A DNA stretch of 64,000 nucleotides from Tilletiaria anomala UBC 951 (lineage: Eukaryota). This document shows, in pieces, positions 34,791 through 46,047 of the stretch. The position numbers and the translations under genes were made by a program. The notes beneath the pieces were generated by a model. The model had not been told where the DNA came from. It made no database searches and was given only the letters and a program-made list of their open reading frames with translations. The stretch is taken from contig NW_013547021.1 in NCBI RefSeq assembly GCF_000711695.1, positions 372,001 to 436,000 of the forward strand, written 5' to 3'. Numbering within the stretch: the stretch's first letter is position 1; each line of letters starts with the position of its first letter.

Positions 34791-37651
34791 ATGAACGCTG
34801 GCGAACTTCTTACAAATACGCTGTCTCCGGGTGAGCCACCTTATTCCACTATATCTGCCCTATGATGGGATGGTCTGTACTGCTGGTTGAGCTGCTCACT
34901 TACACCCTTCGTGCTCACCTAAAATATCAGACGCCAACGTTCGACAGGATGCCGAACAGAAGCTCGAGGTTGCCGCGCGGGAGAGCTATGTGAGGTCCTC
35001 AGCTTTGTCAGAAGACCCTGACTACTTTTGCTGATACAAGCCTTTGCTATCCGATAGCCGTCGTACATGATGATGCTCGCCGCCGAGCTTGCCAGTGAAG
35101 CAGCTCTGCCACACATTCGAGCGGCGGCTGGTGTCGCGGTCAAGAACGCCCTCTCTGCGCGCGATGCCGCTCGTGCGACCGAGTACGCAGGACGCTGGCT
35201 TGCACTCGACGATGCGGCCAAGCAAGATGTCAAGAGCAAGTCTCTTCAGACTCTCACCACAGAGAACTCGCAGGCTTCAACGCAGGCGGGTCAGGTCATT
35301 GCCGCCATTGCAGCGATTGAAATCCCGCAGGGCGGGTGGAAAGACCTGATCGCGCAATTGCTCGCTGCCAGCCAAAACCAAGGTAACGCAAAGCTGAGAC
35401 AGGCAGCCCTTCAGGCAATTGGGTTCACTTGCGAAAGCTTGGTGAGCACGACGAAGTTGAAGTGTACGGTGGAGATTGACATTGACTCGGCTCTTACGAT
35501 CCACAGCAAAGCACTGACTCACTCCGAGATCAATCGAATGAGATCCTCACAGCTGTCATTCAGGGTGCACGGAAAGAGGAGCCGGTACCACAAGTGCAAC
35601 TAGCAGCCCTTCAAGCCTTGTTGAACTCTCTCGTGTTTGTGCGGGCCAACTTTGAGCGGGAAGGAGAGCGAAACTACATTATGCAGGTGATCTGCGAGGC
35701 AACACAGAACCAGGACAGCAACATCAAAGTCGCGGCGTACGAATGTTTGGTCAAGATCATGTCGCTGTACTACGACAAAATGCGCTTCTACATGGAACAG
35801 GCGCTCTTCGGCTTGACAGTTCTTGGCATGAGGGATCCAAATCAGCAGGTCGCACTGCAGGCAGTCGAGTTCTGGTCGACAGTCTGCGAAGTTGAGATTG
35901 GCTTGACGCTGGAGGCGGAAGAAGCGAGCGAATACGGCGAGGAGCCAAGCAGTATCTGCTTCCAGTTCGCACGGATAGCCAGCTCCGAGATTCTCCCAGT
36001 CTTGTTGGATCTACTTAAGCAACAGGAGGAGGACGCAGACGAGGACGAGTGGGACGTTTCAAAGGCGGCCGGTGTATGCGTCGGCTTGCTTGCGCAGTGT
36101 GTCGGAGACCCCATCGTCCCGATCGCCATTCCTTTCATCGAAGGCAACATCAAGAACCAGGACTGGAGATCTCGGGACGCAGCAGTGATGTGCTTCGGTT
36201 CCATTCTGGATGGACCTGACGCGAAGACACTGGCGCCTCTGGTCGAGCAGGCCCTGCCGAGCATCATCGAGATGCTTCGAGACACCAGCGTGCCTGTCAA
36301 GGACACCGCCGCGTGGACGCTTGGTCGGATCTCGGACTTGCTTGTCAACACGATCGATGGGGAGCGCGTCTTACCGTCGCTGGTGCAGGCTCTTCTGGCT
36401 GCACTGCACGACCAGCCTCGCATCGCAACCAACTGCTGCTGGGCCATCATGAATCTGTGTGAACAAATGGGCGGACCAGCTCAGCCGATCGCTGAGAACG
36501 TCGATCTGGCACCAACCTCACCCATTTCACCCTTTTACGAAGCCATCATCTCCAACCTGTTGCAGGCAACGCAACGCGATGGCAACGAGTCCAACTCGCG
36601 GACATCTGCGTATGAGGCCCTCGCGACTGCTGCAAACAACGCTGCCAAGGACTGTCTGCCGCACGTGAGCAACCTGCTCGTCGCTGTCCTCGAAAGGCAA
36701 GAGCAGCTCAATGGCATGGCCGCCCAGCTCGTCGGCATGGACGACCGCAACAACTGGGCTGAGCTCCAGAGCAACCTTTGCTCTGTCATCCAGGCTATCG
36801 TCCGGACATTGCAGAAGGAGATCATGCCCATTGCAGACCGCATCATGACCAGCCTGCTCACGCTCATTCAAAATGGAACCAAGCTGCCAACTGCACTCGA
36901 AGACGCGTTCCTTGCCGTCGCTGCTGTCATCTCTGCGCTTGAAGCGGACTTTTCCAAGTACCTCGATGCCTTCCTGCCATTCATGGTGCAGAGTCTACAG
37001 TCGCACGAGGAGTACCAGCTCTGCTCCATTAGCGTTGGCCTCATCGGTGACATTTGCCGAGCACTCGGAAAAGGATCGGCGCCATATTGCGAGACCTTTG
37101 TCAAAGTGCTCTTTGAGAATCTTTCGAGTCCCACTCTCAACCGAAGTGTCAAGCCACCGATTCTCTCGTGCTTTGGCGACATTGCCATTGCTATTGGCGC
37201 TCAATTTGAGCCATACCTGGCCACGACCATGACCGGTCTCGGGCAAGCGGCACTTATGCAAGCCCCCAACCCGGAAGACTATGATTTGATCGACTACATC
37301 AACAGCCTTCGCGAAGGCATCGCCGAGGCGTACGTTGGCATCGTGTCGGGTCTGCGCTCAGACAACCGCGTCGATCTTCTTCAGCCGTACGTGGAGAGCA
37401 CCTTCGGCTTTGTCAAGATCGTCAACGACACGCCGTTCGAAAGGAGTGAATCGCTTCTGCGTGGCGCGATCGGGCTACTCGGCGACCTGGCAAGCGCCTT
37501 CCCCAACGGACAACTCAAGGACGCGTTCAGGCAGATGTGGGTTCCGGAGCTCGTCAAAGCAGGGCGAGCAAAGGGCAACGGGTCGGAAACGCGCAAGATC
37601 TCCGCGTGGGCACGCGAGCAGATCACGCGAGCCGTTACTGCCAGTGGCTAG
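34791..37651 (+). CDS. KAP95: Importin beta-1 (karyopherin beta); 4 exons
   Basis: MNAGELLTNTLSP, IBN_N region, NFEREGERNYIMQVICEATQ, ALQAVEFWSTVCE, EDEWDVSKAAG, DTAAWTLGRI, VKPPILSCFGDIA. Confidence 0.97.
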
Positions 37652-38173
37652 GCGCCTTGTGCTGTCGTATTCTCACCTGTAACACTTCCTTGGCATCAGC
37701 ATAAACAGCCGGCCCAACCCGCGCTGTTCCCATCGCATTCTCATTTCCAACTTAGCGTCTGCCTCCTTCCATTCACTGTTAAATTTTTCTTTTTACACCG
37801 GGTCTTCCTCATCACCGTGGCCAACATCCGACTTTTCTCGACCTCCCCTCGTCCTCAAAAGACTTTCCCCGCGCAAGTCATCGGGGCATCAAGAGTCCAA
37901 ACACACCATCACTGTAATACCCGCTCCTCCCCTCCTCTCTCCACGATCCGCCTCAGCTTTTGTGCGATCGCTCGACCCCTGTCCGGGCGTATTTAGATTG
38001 TAAAAGGCATTTTCCACCACGCAGATCAAGGGATACAGGAGTAGAGGAACATGAATCCCATGCATGTAATACATTGATGCAATCGGCAAGGATTGCCATA
38101 TATCATTCTTTAGACTGTCAATATAACGACAAAAGTTCGAAACTGAACGAACAGGCGCGTAACGAGCTTTACA

Positions 38174-39323
38174 TCACATGACAAGACAGCCTGCACCGCC
38201 GTTCCGGCTCGACGCATGCTGTGCATTGACTTCCTTCATTCGTTCAAGCATGGCTTGCACACCTGCCACGCTCGTCGCAGCCATTCCCTCGTCCCACCAG
38301 ACGCAGAGCGGTCCATCGCGGATGCTCGGGGTGCTTGCGGGGTTGCTTGCGGACGAAAGATGGTCGAGGTGGGAAGCCGGCTGCTTTTGGTGCTGGGGGT
38401 GTTGCTGCTGCTGCTGAATAACTGATGGATCATCGCCTTCGGTCTCTGGCGTCATCGCCGGCTCGATCGGAGGCCGCGGTAGCGAGTCTACCGTGAGGTC
38501 CGCATCGAGTAAGCGCACGTGTCGCTTGCGCTCTGCGGCATCCTTTGCAACCTGCGCTTTCATCTGCAGCTGACGAATCTTGCGTAGAGCCGCCGCTGTG
38601 TTCGGCCTCACACCAGTCGACGAGCCAGCACCCGCGCCTGCCACTCTTGCGCCGTTCACACCTGTTTCAGCACTAGTATCGAGGAAATTTGTGTCTGCGA
38701 GGTCAAATTCCGGTGGCGGCGTAACTGCTGGCACCGGCGTGCTTTTGAGATACCGCAGAATGCTCTTCATCTGCGAATCGGTCGGTGGCTGCGCATGTCG
38801 ATCTTGGATCTGAAGCTCGAACTCGCCGTACTGACCTGCACCTCCGTAAGAATCGGACCTGGCAGCACGCTTTAGCCATTCCGTTGCGTATTCTTTTGAT
38901 GAGTTAACACCGCTACGGTCGTCCTCCTCGTCGGACAGCGCCTTCGTTGCGGCCTCATCTCGATCTTTTGCACTTTGCAGGAAGGGACTGGCGGCACCGG
39001 CGCCGCTGCCGCTTGCGAGTTCAAGAGAGGTGGCGAGCAGACCTCCGCTGGCTTGCGAAGGGAGCCTAACGTGCCCGGCATTGTTACGCAGGAGCTGCAG
39101 CGCTTTGCGCGACAATGGCGACCGTGGATCGTGACTGCAAGCACAACCGGAATGCAGGGCACACATCAAGGTTTGGTGTTAAGTGAGTCATTGGCATAGC
39201 AGTGGGGCGCGGCGCCTGCCTTTTGCGCATGACAGGCGCGACGCTCTCTATGGGGAAGTGCAGACAAGCTAGAGCTCACAAGAGCGTGATGATTGGCGTT
39301 CCTCTGTGGAAGCGCAGTGACAT
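38174..39323 (-). CDS. Fmp46/DUF1687-like thioredoxin-fold protein with insertions and C-terminal CaaX; 2 exons
   Basis: Spliced N-terminus MSLRFHRGTPIITLF/HDPRSPLSRKALQLL; FELQIQ..PPTDSQMKSILRYL; GPLCVWWDEG; ends GAGCLVM*. Confidence 0.7.
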
Positions 39324-40702
39324 GGTCCAGGTCCGGAAGCGAAGCCTAGAGTGGACGGAAGGAGATCCGCCAGGGCAGCTAGCTAGGCTCCTTCTCTTGC
39401 TATGTCTTGCTTCTCCGCCGCTTCAGAGGAAAGAATCGCAACGTGAACTAGGTATGAAGCAGTGTCTCGGTCCTTGTTGTCGAACCTTTCGTCTATGGAT
39501 CGATATGCATACATGGCGACGAACCCACTCGTTCTGTAGATCCACGGAACGGGTGGGACTTGGTTAGGCGAGGGCGGGCTTTCATTTGGAGCTTGGACGC
39601 ATCGCCGTTCTATTGGCCAGTAACTTGTCAGTTGAGGAACGCTTGAGACGCCGAAATCGGTATTGCACCGTATGTGCCATGTATCATGCAATACGGCGAT
39701 GGTACCTTTGTGCGGGCATCCCGTGCGTATCCCCCACCATGGCTGTCACTTGCGTGGACCCTAACAAACAACAAACTGGTGCTGCTTGTGGGCCTGGACC
39801 ATGGCAGACACCCTGACAAATGCAAGAATGGCATATCGTTGCCATGCACATATCGCATCCAGTTTGCATCTACAGCATTGGACATAGCTCCGAGACCCAT
39901 GTACCTTTCTTCGTGCAATCTGCATGCACCGTTGGATGTGATTCGGGTTGTCCGCCCTCAGTGGCCCCCAATCAACTCCCGAAACAAGCAGCGCGCATGA
40001 TATTTGCGCCCCGTTGGTGCTTGCTTACTTGGTCCCTTGCTTGCTTCCATTCATGCCCTTCAAACCATGTCCCTTTGCGCCGAATACTCAAAATACCACC
40101 AAGTAAACGAAAGGGGACCTCATACATCCCGCTGCTGGTCGCGGTGGAATCTTACTTTCATCAGACAGATTGCACCTTCGCCGGGTGGCACGCGGCAGGG
40201 GAGATCACGGAATGACGTTCTGCTCAGTCGTTTGCATGCCGAAACTGTCCCTGGGGTCTACTCATAGCACTTGATTTCATCAGATTCTCATAAACATTAC
40301 AAGAGTAGATCTGACACCCACTCGTGGCTTCCCGGTCTATCGAAAGCGAAACCACGCTTCAGCCGATACTCTCAGTGAGCCCATCCGACTGCTGATTCTT
40401 CAAGATGGCACAAGGCTCCGTGCAGCAGCACGCCTCGACAGCTGTGACAAATGAGAGCGAGAGGACTGCAACGCAGCGCTGTGACTCTGCCACTCTGACA
40501 ACCTTTCCACAGCCCAGATCGAGCGTCAGCAGGCCAGCTCCGCGGTAAGTGCCTCCCGCTTCCAAGCTACCTAATGCCACAATTAGTTCTACCTTGCTCG
40601 CTTTGCAAGAAAGCGCCCAGCAGGGGTGTATAGAACATCTGTACTGCCGCCCACGGGGGATCATCTTTGCGCACCTGAAAGTATTCCTCACGCCGCCGCA
40701 AC

Positions 40703-42976
40703 ATGGACTGCCTCTTGGAGCGATACTCACATCTGCAACTGCTCAACCAACTCATGCCGTCGCCGTACCAACAGCCAGGCTTGACTTCGACTCCGTTCGC
40801 CAGAAGATCGCCATCGAAAGGCAACCCTCGGCTCAGTGGCCATATGGGCTTTGACCCGAATCTTGATCTGTGCCTTGCCACCGGCATTGTCAATCTCGGT
40901 CACTCCGAGGGAAACGGATTGGCTCTCGTTCATCAAGCTCGTCTACAGTTTCAAACAGAGACCGAACGCCGCGCCGCTTCCGCTTTCGCAGGGTTTGGCG
41001 CCTTAGGCGGGTTTGAAGACATGACCTCGCGTCGTATCTCCGCCGGTTTGCACCTGCGCAAAGGAAACAAGGAGACAACCGCAAGCGGTTCAGCCTTCAG
41101 CGACATTGATAATAGTCAGAGGGGTAGCTTTTTTGTGCTCTCAGACACGTCTGCCAGTCTTACAGATGATATCCGGGAAGAAGAGGACGCAGGGTTAGCC
41201 GAGGCTGCAAGTCCCACCTTCGAGCTGGATGGTGTAACGCGGCAAACGGAGCGATTCCCTCTTCCTCCTAGCCGTCGCGCCAAGATCGCCAGCGACGAGT
41301 CAGCCGTGACGAAGGTTCCGTTGGCCTCAGATTCGCCGAGTTCCATACCTTCTCCGGCACGATACACAAGCAGGGACTACGATGACATGCTTCTCGATGC
41401 GATTGATGCTTCCACTGCGCATTTCTTGCCAGCGTCGTCGTTAAGATCGCGAATGGAATGGTACGCCCCCTTGTCAACCTCAACACTACGCTTTCCATGC
41501 TCAGACGCGCAGGACCAGGTGCGGGCGGAATCTACCTCTGCCCAAGAGCAGGCGCATGCCCTCCATGACGCGAGGCGTATGGGCAGCAAAGAGTCCAATA
41601 ACTCCAACACTTCTTCGCTGTCGGGCATGAAACGCCTCAGTCTGACGCTGCGCGACAGCTTCGTGCGCAACTCGCCGCAATCACTACACAATCTTCTGAG
41701 CTTGCCAACTGATAGCAGGAGACGCTCTGGCTCTGGAGAGCCGCAACCTCCCACTTTGTGTGCCGCGCACTTGACTGTCGCTACTGGTCGTCCCAGAAGC
41801 AACACGACGCCGGTTCGCCCCAAAGGCACGCTAAACTGGGCTACACCATTTTTTGACGTCATCCACGAAGAACACGGTAGTGTTGCACCTAGAATAGGCA
41901 TTAATGACGGCGGCGTGACAAACGAGCGAATGATCCTGGCCTCGCCTGTGCAGCCTGCAGCTTCCACTCTCCGTGCTCGACGACTAAACCTCTACGAGCC
42001 GGGCGGCAGCCCGACCGCTCAGCTTGCACGCTCGTCATCACTGCTCTTGGGTTCACCCGCCACTCCTGCGTCCGGCTTGTCGCACGGGTTACGGTCTGTG
42101 ACAACATCGGCTCTGGCGCCGGCGCGAGTGCCAGCGCAAGTTCATACTCTAGAACAGGAACAGCAGCTGAAGTTGCCACCCACACCTCTCGGAACGCCGT
42201 TTTGGGCCAACGACGACTTATCGCGTATTCTCTCGCAATATTCTTCGTCGTACCTAAGTTCTCAAAGCAAGACGCCACGTGCGGCAGCCACAACTGCGCC
42301 TTCAAAGCTGAGGACGAAGATCAGTCCCGCGCAGAGCCGCGAAGACGGCGACAACCGTTGGAGCGCCGAACAATTTTCGCGGCAGACACATTATACTCTA
42401 GGGTCATGCTGTGAATCGACTGATGGGGAAGATGACATCAGTGGCGGAGGCAGAACAGATGGCAATAGGAGGCCGACGCGGCAAACACATAGATGTTGCA
42501 CATCCTCCCTCTCGCCCTTCAGCTCCCTTGCCTTTGGATCTGTGTCGAGGTGTGATGGGCATGCCAAACGCCTTCCCTACGCCCCAGGAGGCATGTCCGC
42601 GAGACCTCGCTTTGAATCAAGCTGCAGCCATGTGTCAGTGTCATTCTTTTCTTCCTCTGCCGTGCGTCACAAGCGCGACGCGAGGCAAAGCAGGGAAAGC
42701 AGCACCTCGATCTGGAGCTTGTCAAGAAGCAAGGGTCATGGACTCTCGTTCTCCTCTTCATCTTCGCCTGGGATACCTGCGTTTGTCACCGACTCGGAAG
42801 GCTCAGCAGACGGTCTGACGCCGTCAGAAATGCGTCGGAGACGCGAAAGCATCATTCGCAACGGTCCTAGGCCGTCGTCCAGCGGCGATGGCCGTGCGCC
42901 GTTGTGGAGCTTGGGCCGCAAAGGCCGACAGGTCCAGCTGGACGCTGCGCAGCTATCAATTCATACCAACTGTTAG
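40703..42976 (+). CDS. Hypothetical Ser/Arg/Pro-rich disordered protein; 5' structure uncertain (possible upstream exon from 40405)
   Basis: 757-codon open frame with no recognisable domain; a candidate upstream exon (ATG 40405, donor GTAAGT 40545) does not splice cleanly into this frame. Confidence 0.6.
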   Translation: MDCLLERYSHLQLLNQLMPSPYQQPGLTSTPFARRSPSKGNPRLSGHMGFDPNLDLCLATGIVNLGHSEGNGLALVHQARLQFQTETERRAASAFAGFGALGGFEDMTSRRISAGLHLRKGNKETTASGSAFSDIDNSQRGSFFVLSDTSASLTDDIREEEDAGLAEAASPTFELDGVTRQTERFPLPPSRRAKIASDESAVTKVPLASDSPSSIPSPARYTSRDYDDMLLDAIDASTAHFLPASSLRSRMEWYAPLSTSTLRFPCSDAQDQVRAESTSAQEQAHALHDARRMGSKESNNSNTSSLSGMKRLSLTLRDSFVRNSPQSLHNLLSLPTDSRRRSGSGEPQPPTLCAAHLTVATGRPRSNTTPVRPKGTLNWATPFFDVIHEEHGSVAPRIGINDGGVTNERMILASPVQPAASTLRARRLNLYEPGGSPTAQLARSSSLLLGSPATPASGLSHGLRSVTTSALAPARVPAQVHTLEQEQQLKLPPTPLGTPFWANDDLSRILSQYSSSYLSSQSKTPRAAATTAPSKLRTKISPAQSREDGDNRWSAEQFSRQTHYTLGSCCESTDGEDDISGGGRTDGNRRPTRQTHRCCTSSLSPFSSLAFGSVSRCDGHAKRLPYAPGGMSARPRFESSCSHVSVSFFSSSAVRHKRDARQSRESSTSIWSLSRSKGHGLSFSSSSSPGIPAFVTDSEGSADGLTPSEMRRRRESIIRNGPRPSSSGDGRAPLWSLGRKGRQVQLDAAQLSIHTNC

Positions 42977-43164
42977 CAATGCGTGTTTGCTGAGCATGTA
43001 TTTGGCTGTGTGTTCTACACGGATAACCTTCTGATTGCTGCAGTAAGTACCTAGTGACGATTTTCGATGCGGACAAGGCAAAATGAGCCGTTACACGTTG
43101 GGCACGCGGTGGATAAGCGAAGTAGATGGACAGATAAGATCTACGGTCTCTTCTAACAAAAACT

Positions 43165-44294
43165 CTACTGAACACTGATTATGACTTTGCCAATGCGTTG
43201 CTGGTTAAGCTGGCAGTGGCATGCCTCTGCTGCATCCTTGAAAACGAAGACCTTGTCGACAAGCGGCTTGATCTTGTGCACATCGATGAGTCGGTCCGTG
43301 TCTTTGAACATCTCGCGTGACCCGACAAGGAGACCGCGGAGTACGCAGTTCTTGGACAGCGTGTAGAACATAAAGTCAACCTTCTTGCTGAAACTACCAA
43401 CGAATCCGATGGAGACGACGCCACCGTGTGCGAGTGCGGTAAAGCCTTTTCAATCGTGACCATGCCACCAATTGGTGCATCGTAAGCAAGTATTGTCAGT
43501 ACGGGAAGAAACCCCCTGGCTCTGGTTACGCTTTTGGAACGCGCTTCGATACCTCGCCGAGCCGGTCCGATCACGCAGTCGATTTCTTTCTTTGCGACGT
43601 CCAGCTTGTCACCCGAAGAGTTAGTGATACCCGCCTTTGCACCGGCTGCAGTATCGAGCTGAAGTGCAAAGACCGAGACGTTGAGCGTTCCTTCGGCAAC
43701 GATGCTGTCTCTGGGCCTGAGTGCATGCCCTGGCAAGCCGCACAATGCGTTCTACGCGATGACAGCAGAGCATGGCAGCGTCATCACTCCCTCGTAGCTG
43801 AGATGCTTTGGGATGCGAACAACGTACGTCGCCCTGCCTGAGTCGTGCATCGAAAGGATGTCGTCCCAAGCCCCGCCGAGAGTAAACGCCGCTTCTTCGT
43901 CGTCCGGGTCGGAGCTCTTTTGGTGGTGACCATTGACGATGAAGCAAACGCGGTCGGCCTCCTGCCACTTGTCACCTTTGAGTCGCTGAAGGCAATCTCG
44001 CCGGCGCCGTCAGACAGAAGGATGTTCTCTTCGTCCTTCAGGGCCAGACAAAACTTGCCATGCGAGCCTCAAGCGCAGCCAAGGGAAGGTCAGAGTCCGA
44101 TCGAGCGCACCCGTCCCGCGCTCATTCGCCATATACACGATAAGGTCGCAGAAACTTAAACTAGATGCGTAACCTTTGACGAAGACATCCTTGTCGCTGA
44201 CTTTAGGGATCGGACCATCTTTAAGCTGCAATGAGCCGACGTCCGTTCGCTTAGAGATCTTCGGCAAAGAGTAAAATTGCCTTGTGTCGGCCAT
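43165..44294 (-). pseudogene. Medium-chain (Zn-type ADH-like/MDR) oxidoreductase pseudogene
   Basis: Fragments PKVSDKDVFVK..SSLSFCDLIV, LSDGAGEI, IPKHLSYE..TLPCSAVIA*NAL (TAG at 43754-43752 where Trp is expected), VSVFALQ, LRGLLVGSREMF..IKPLVDKVF..GKVII spread over several frames. Confidence 0.85.
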
Positions 44295-45120
44295 GTTTGC
44301 GAAGTCTATACGGCGGCCGTGTGAGGGTACAGCGTAAAGTTACTAGGTGGGAGTGTCTGTATAGTTGACCATCTTATACCGGACTGTGCGACTTCTCGCG
44401 ATCAAGCTTGCAATACAGGTTCACAGAATCAAGATGTCCTTCACCATGCGTCGATCACGAGAAGCCAGACAAGAGAGTGAGAGGGAAGGGGCGAGATGCT
44501 TGCTCGGTGACTTTCCATCTCAATCAACACATGAATGAGTGCTGTGCGCTTTGACTGTGTATTGCACCGAACTTGCAATACAACAGATGGGATCATGTTT
44601 TGATGAACAGAATGGTTCGTGTTGTGGAGCGCAGACCGACCTGCCTCAGCACACTTCTGGGCTCTTGCAACTTGGCAAGTCGGCAGATTCTCAAAGGCGC
44701 AACATGTCGGTAAATTGTCGACCCACAACGTTGATGCTCAGTTGAAAAGGTCTCCTGCGCAAGCATGCCATGAATCACGTCGGTATCCGCTGAACGAGCA
44801 CGAGCACAAGAGCCCTACGTAGTACCACTTACATGGTACCACTGTGCAGCAGCGTTCACCTTGCTAGCAAGAGCAATAGCAACCCGCTGATCATCAGATC
44901 AAAGAAAGTTGTTTCGCGTCTGCTACCTTCATCGAGAGGCCGCAGAAAGTAAGATACATGTGGTGACAAATGGCCAGATAGAAGCCAATGTGGTTGCCCG
45001 GAGTGAAAGTCGGAGCGGGGAGGGACAAATTAGGGGCTAATGATGAGTGTATAGCGAGCGACGAACTGTGCCAAGGGATGGGTATCGTGCACAGCGTCCT
45101 TGCATGAGTTTCTAACCCGT

Positions 45121-46047
45121 TTAGCATTTCCAGCTGTCGTTCTTGTCCTCTGGCTGCTGTACGTAGTCATACCACTGGCCATCGTCACTTCCGCTGCCAA
45201 CGCACTCCATGGCCGTTACTAGTTCGTAACCCTTTTGCTGCAGCATCGGAAGAGCGTGCGGCATGACATTGTACGACGTCGTCTTGATCGTCTCGTGCGA
45301 TAGGACCATGTGCGACTTTGGGTAACTATTCATGACCTTGTTCATGACGTTACGCGAGTAAGCGACCGTGGCACCGTCGGCATCCTTGGTGTCCCGATCC
45401 CAGAGGATGATGGCGGTGTAACCACGACGGGCGAGTACTTCGCGAGATTCCGTGTTGATAGAACCGTACGGCGGTCGGAACACCCTAGGTCGGACGCCGA
45501 GAATCTTGATCATAGCACGCTCCAGCTTTCCAAGCTCTTGATCCAGCTCACTAGTGCTGAGCTTGGTTATGTCCGCGTGACTCCAGGTGTGAGAGCTGCG
45601 CATGGAAAGGAGAGCCGCCTGTCAGGAAGCTGTCATTGATTGCGGTGCAGAGAAACAGCTACTCACCCGATCAGGTGCCCGGCATCGAAGGCACGACGAA
45701 TCTCGTCGGCGTAGTCATAGATGCATCCGCTAAGCAGCGGCACAAGCAGCAAAGGTCAGTTACCACCGGTATCCTCTTCGGTCTCGCACCACTCACTAGT
45801 TGTTGCCATTGAGGAAGAATGATGCTTTAGCGCCAGCATTCTGTAGCTCATTCAGCAGCTTGGGCTCGTACTTCCATGGGCCATCGTCGAAAGTCAATGC
45901 GATCTTGCCATCACTGTTACAGGTGTCGTAGACGGGTACGCGCGGGGTGCGAGTAGCTAAGCCCTCGAGAGGAGTTGCGCTCGAAGACGAGAGAAAGGTC
46001 AAAGCGATGACCGAGGAGAGAAAGACGTTGCGAAGAGAGGTCAACAT
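45121..46047 (-). CDS. Secreted chitin/polysaccharide deacetylase (CE4, NodB domain); 3 exons
   Basis: Signal peptide MLTSLRNVFLSSVIALTFLSSSSA; TFDDGP, ASFFLNGNN/YGCIYD, G/SHTWSH, FRPPYG, LWDRDTKD, LSHE. Confidence 0.95.
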
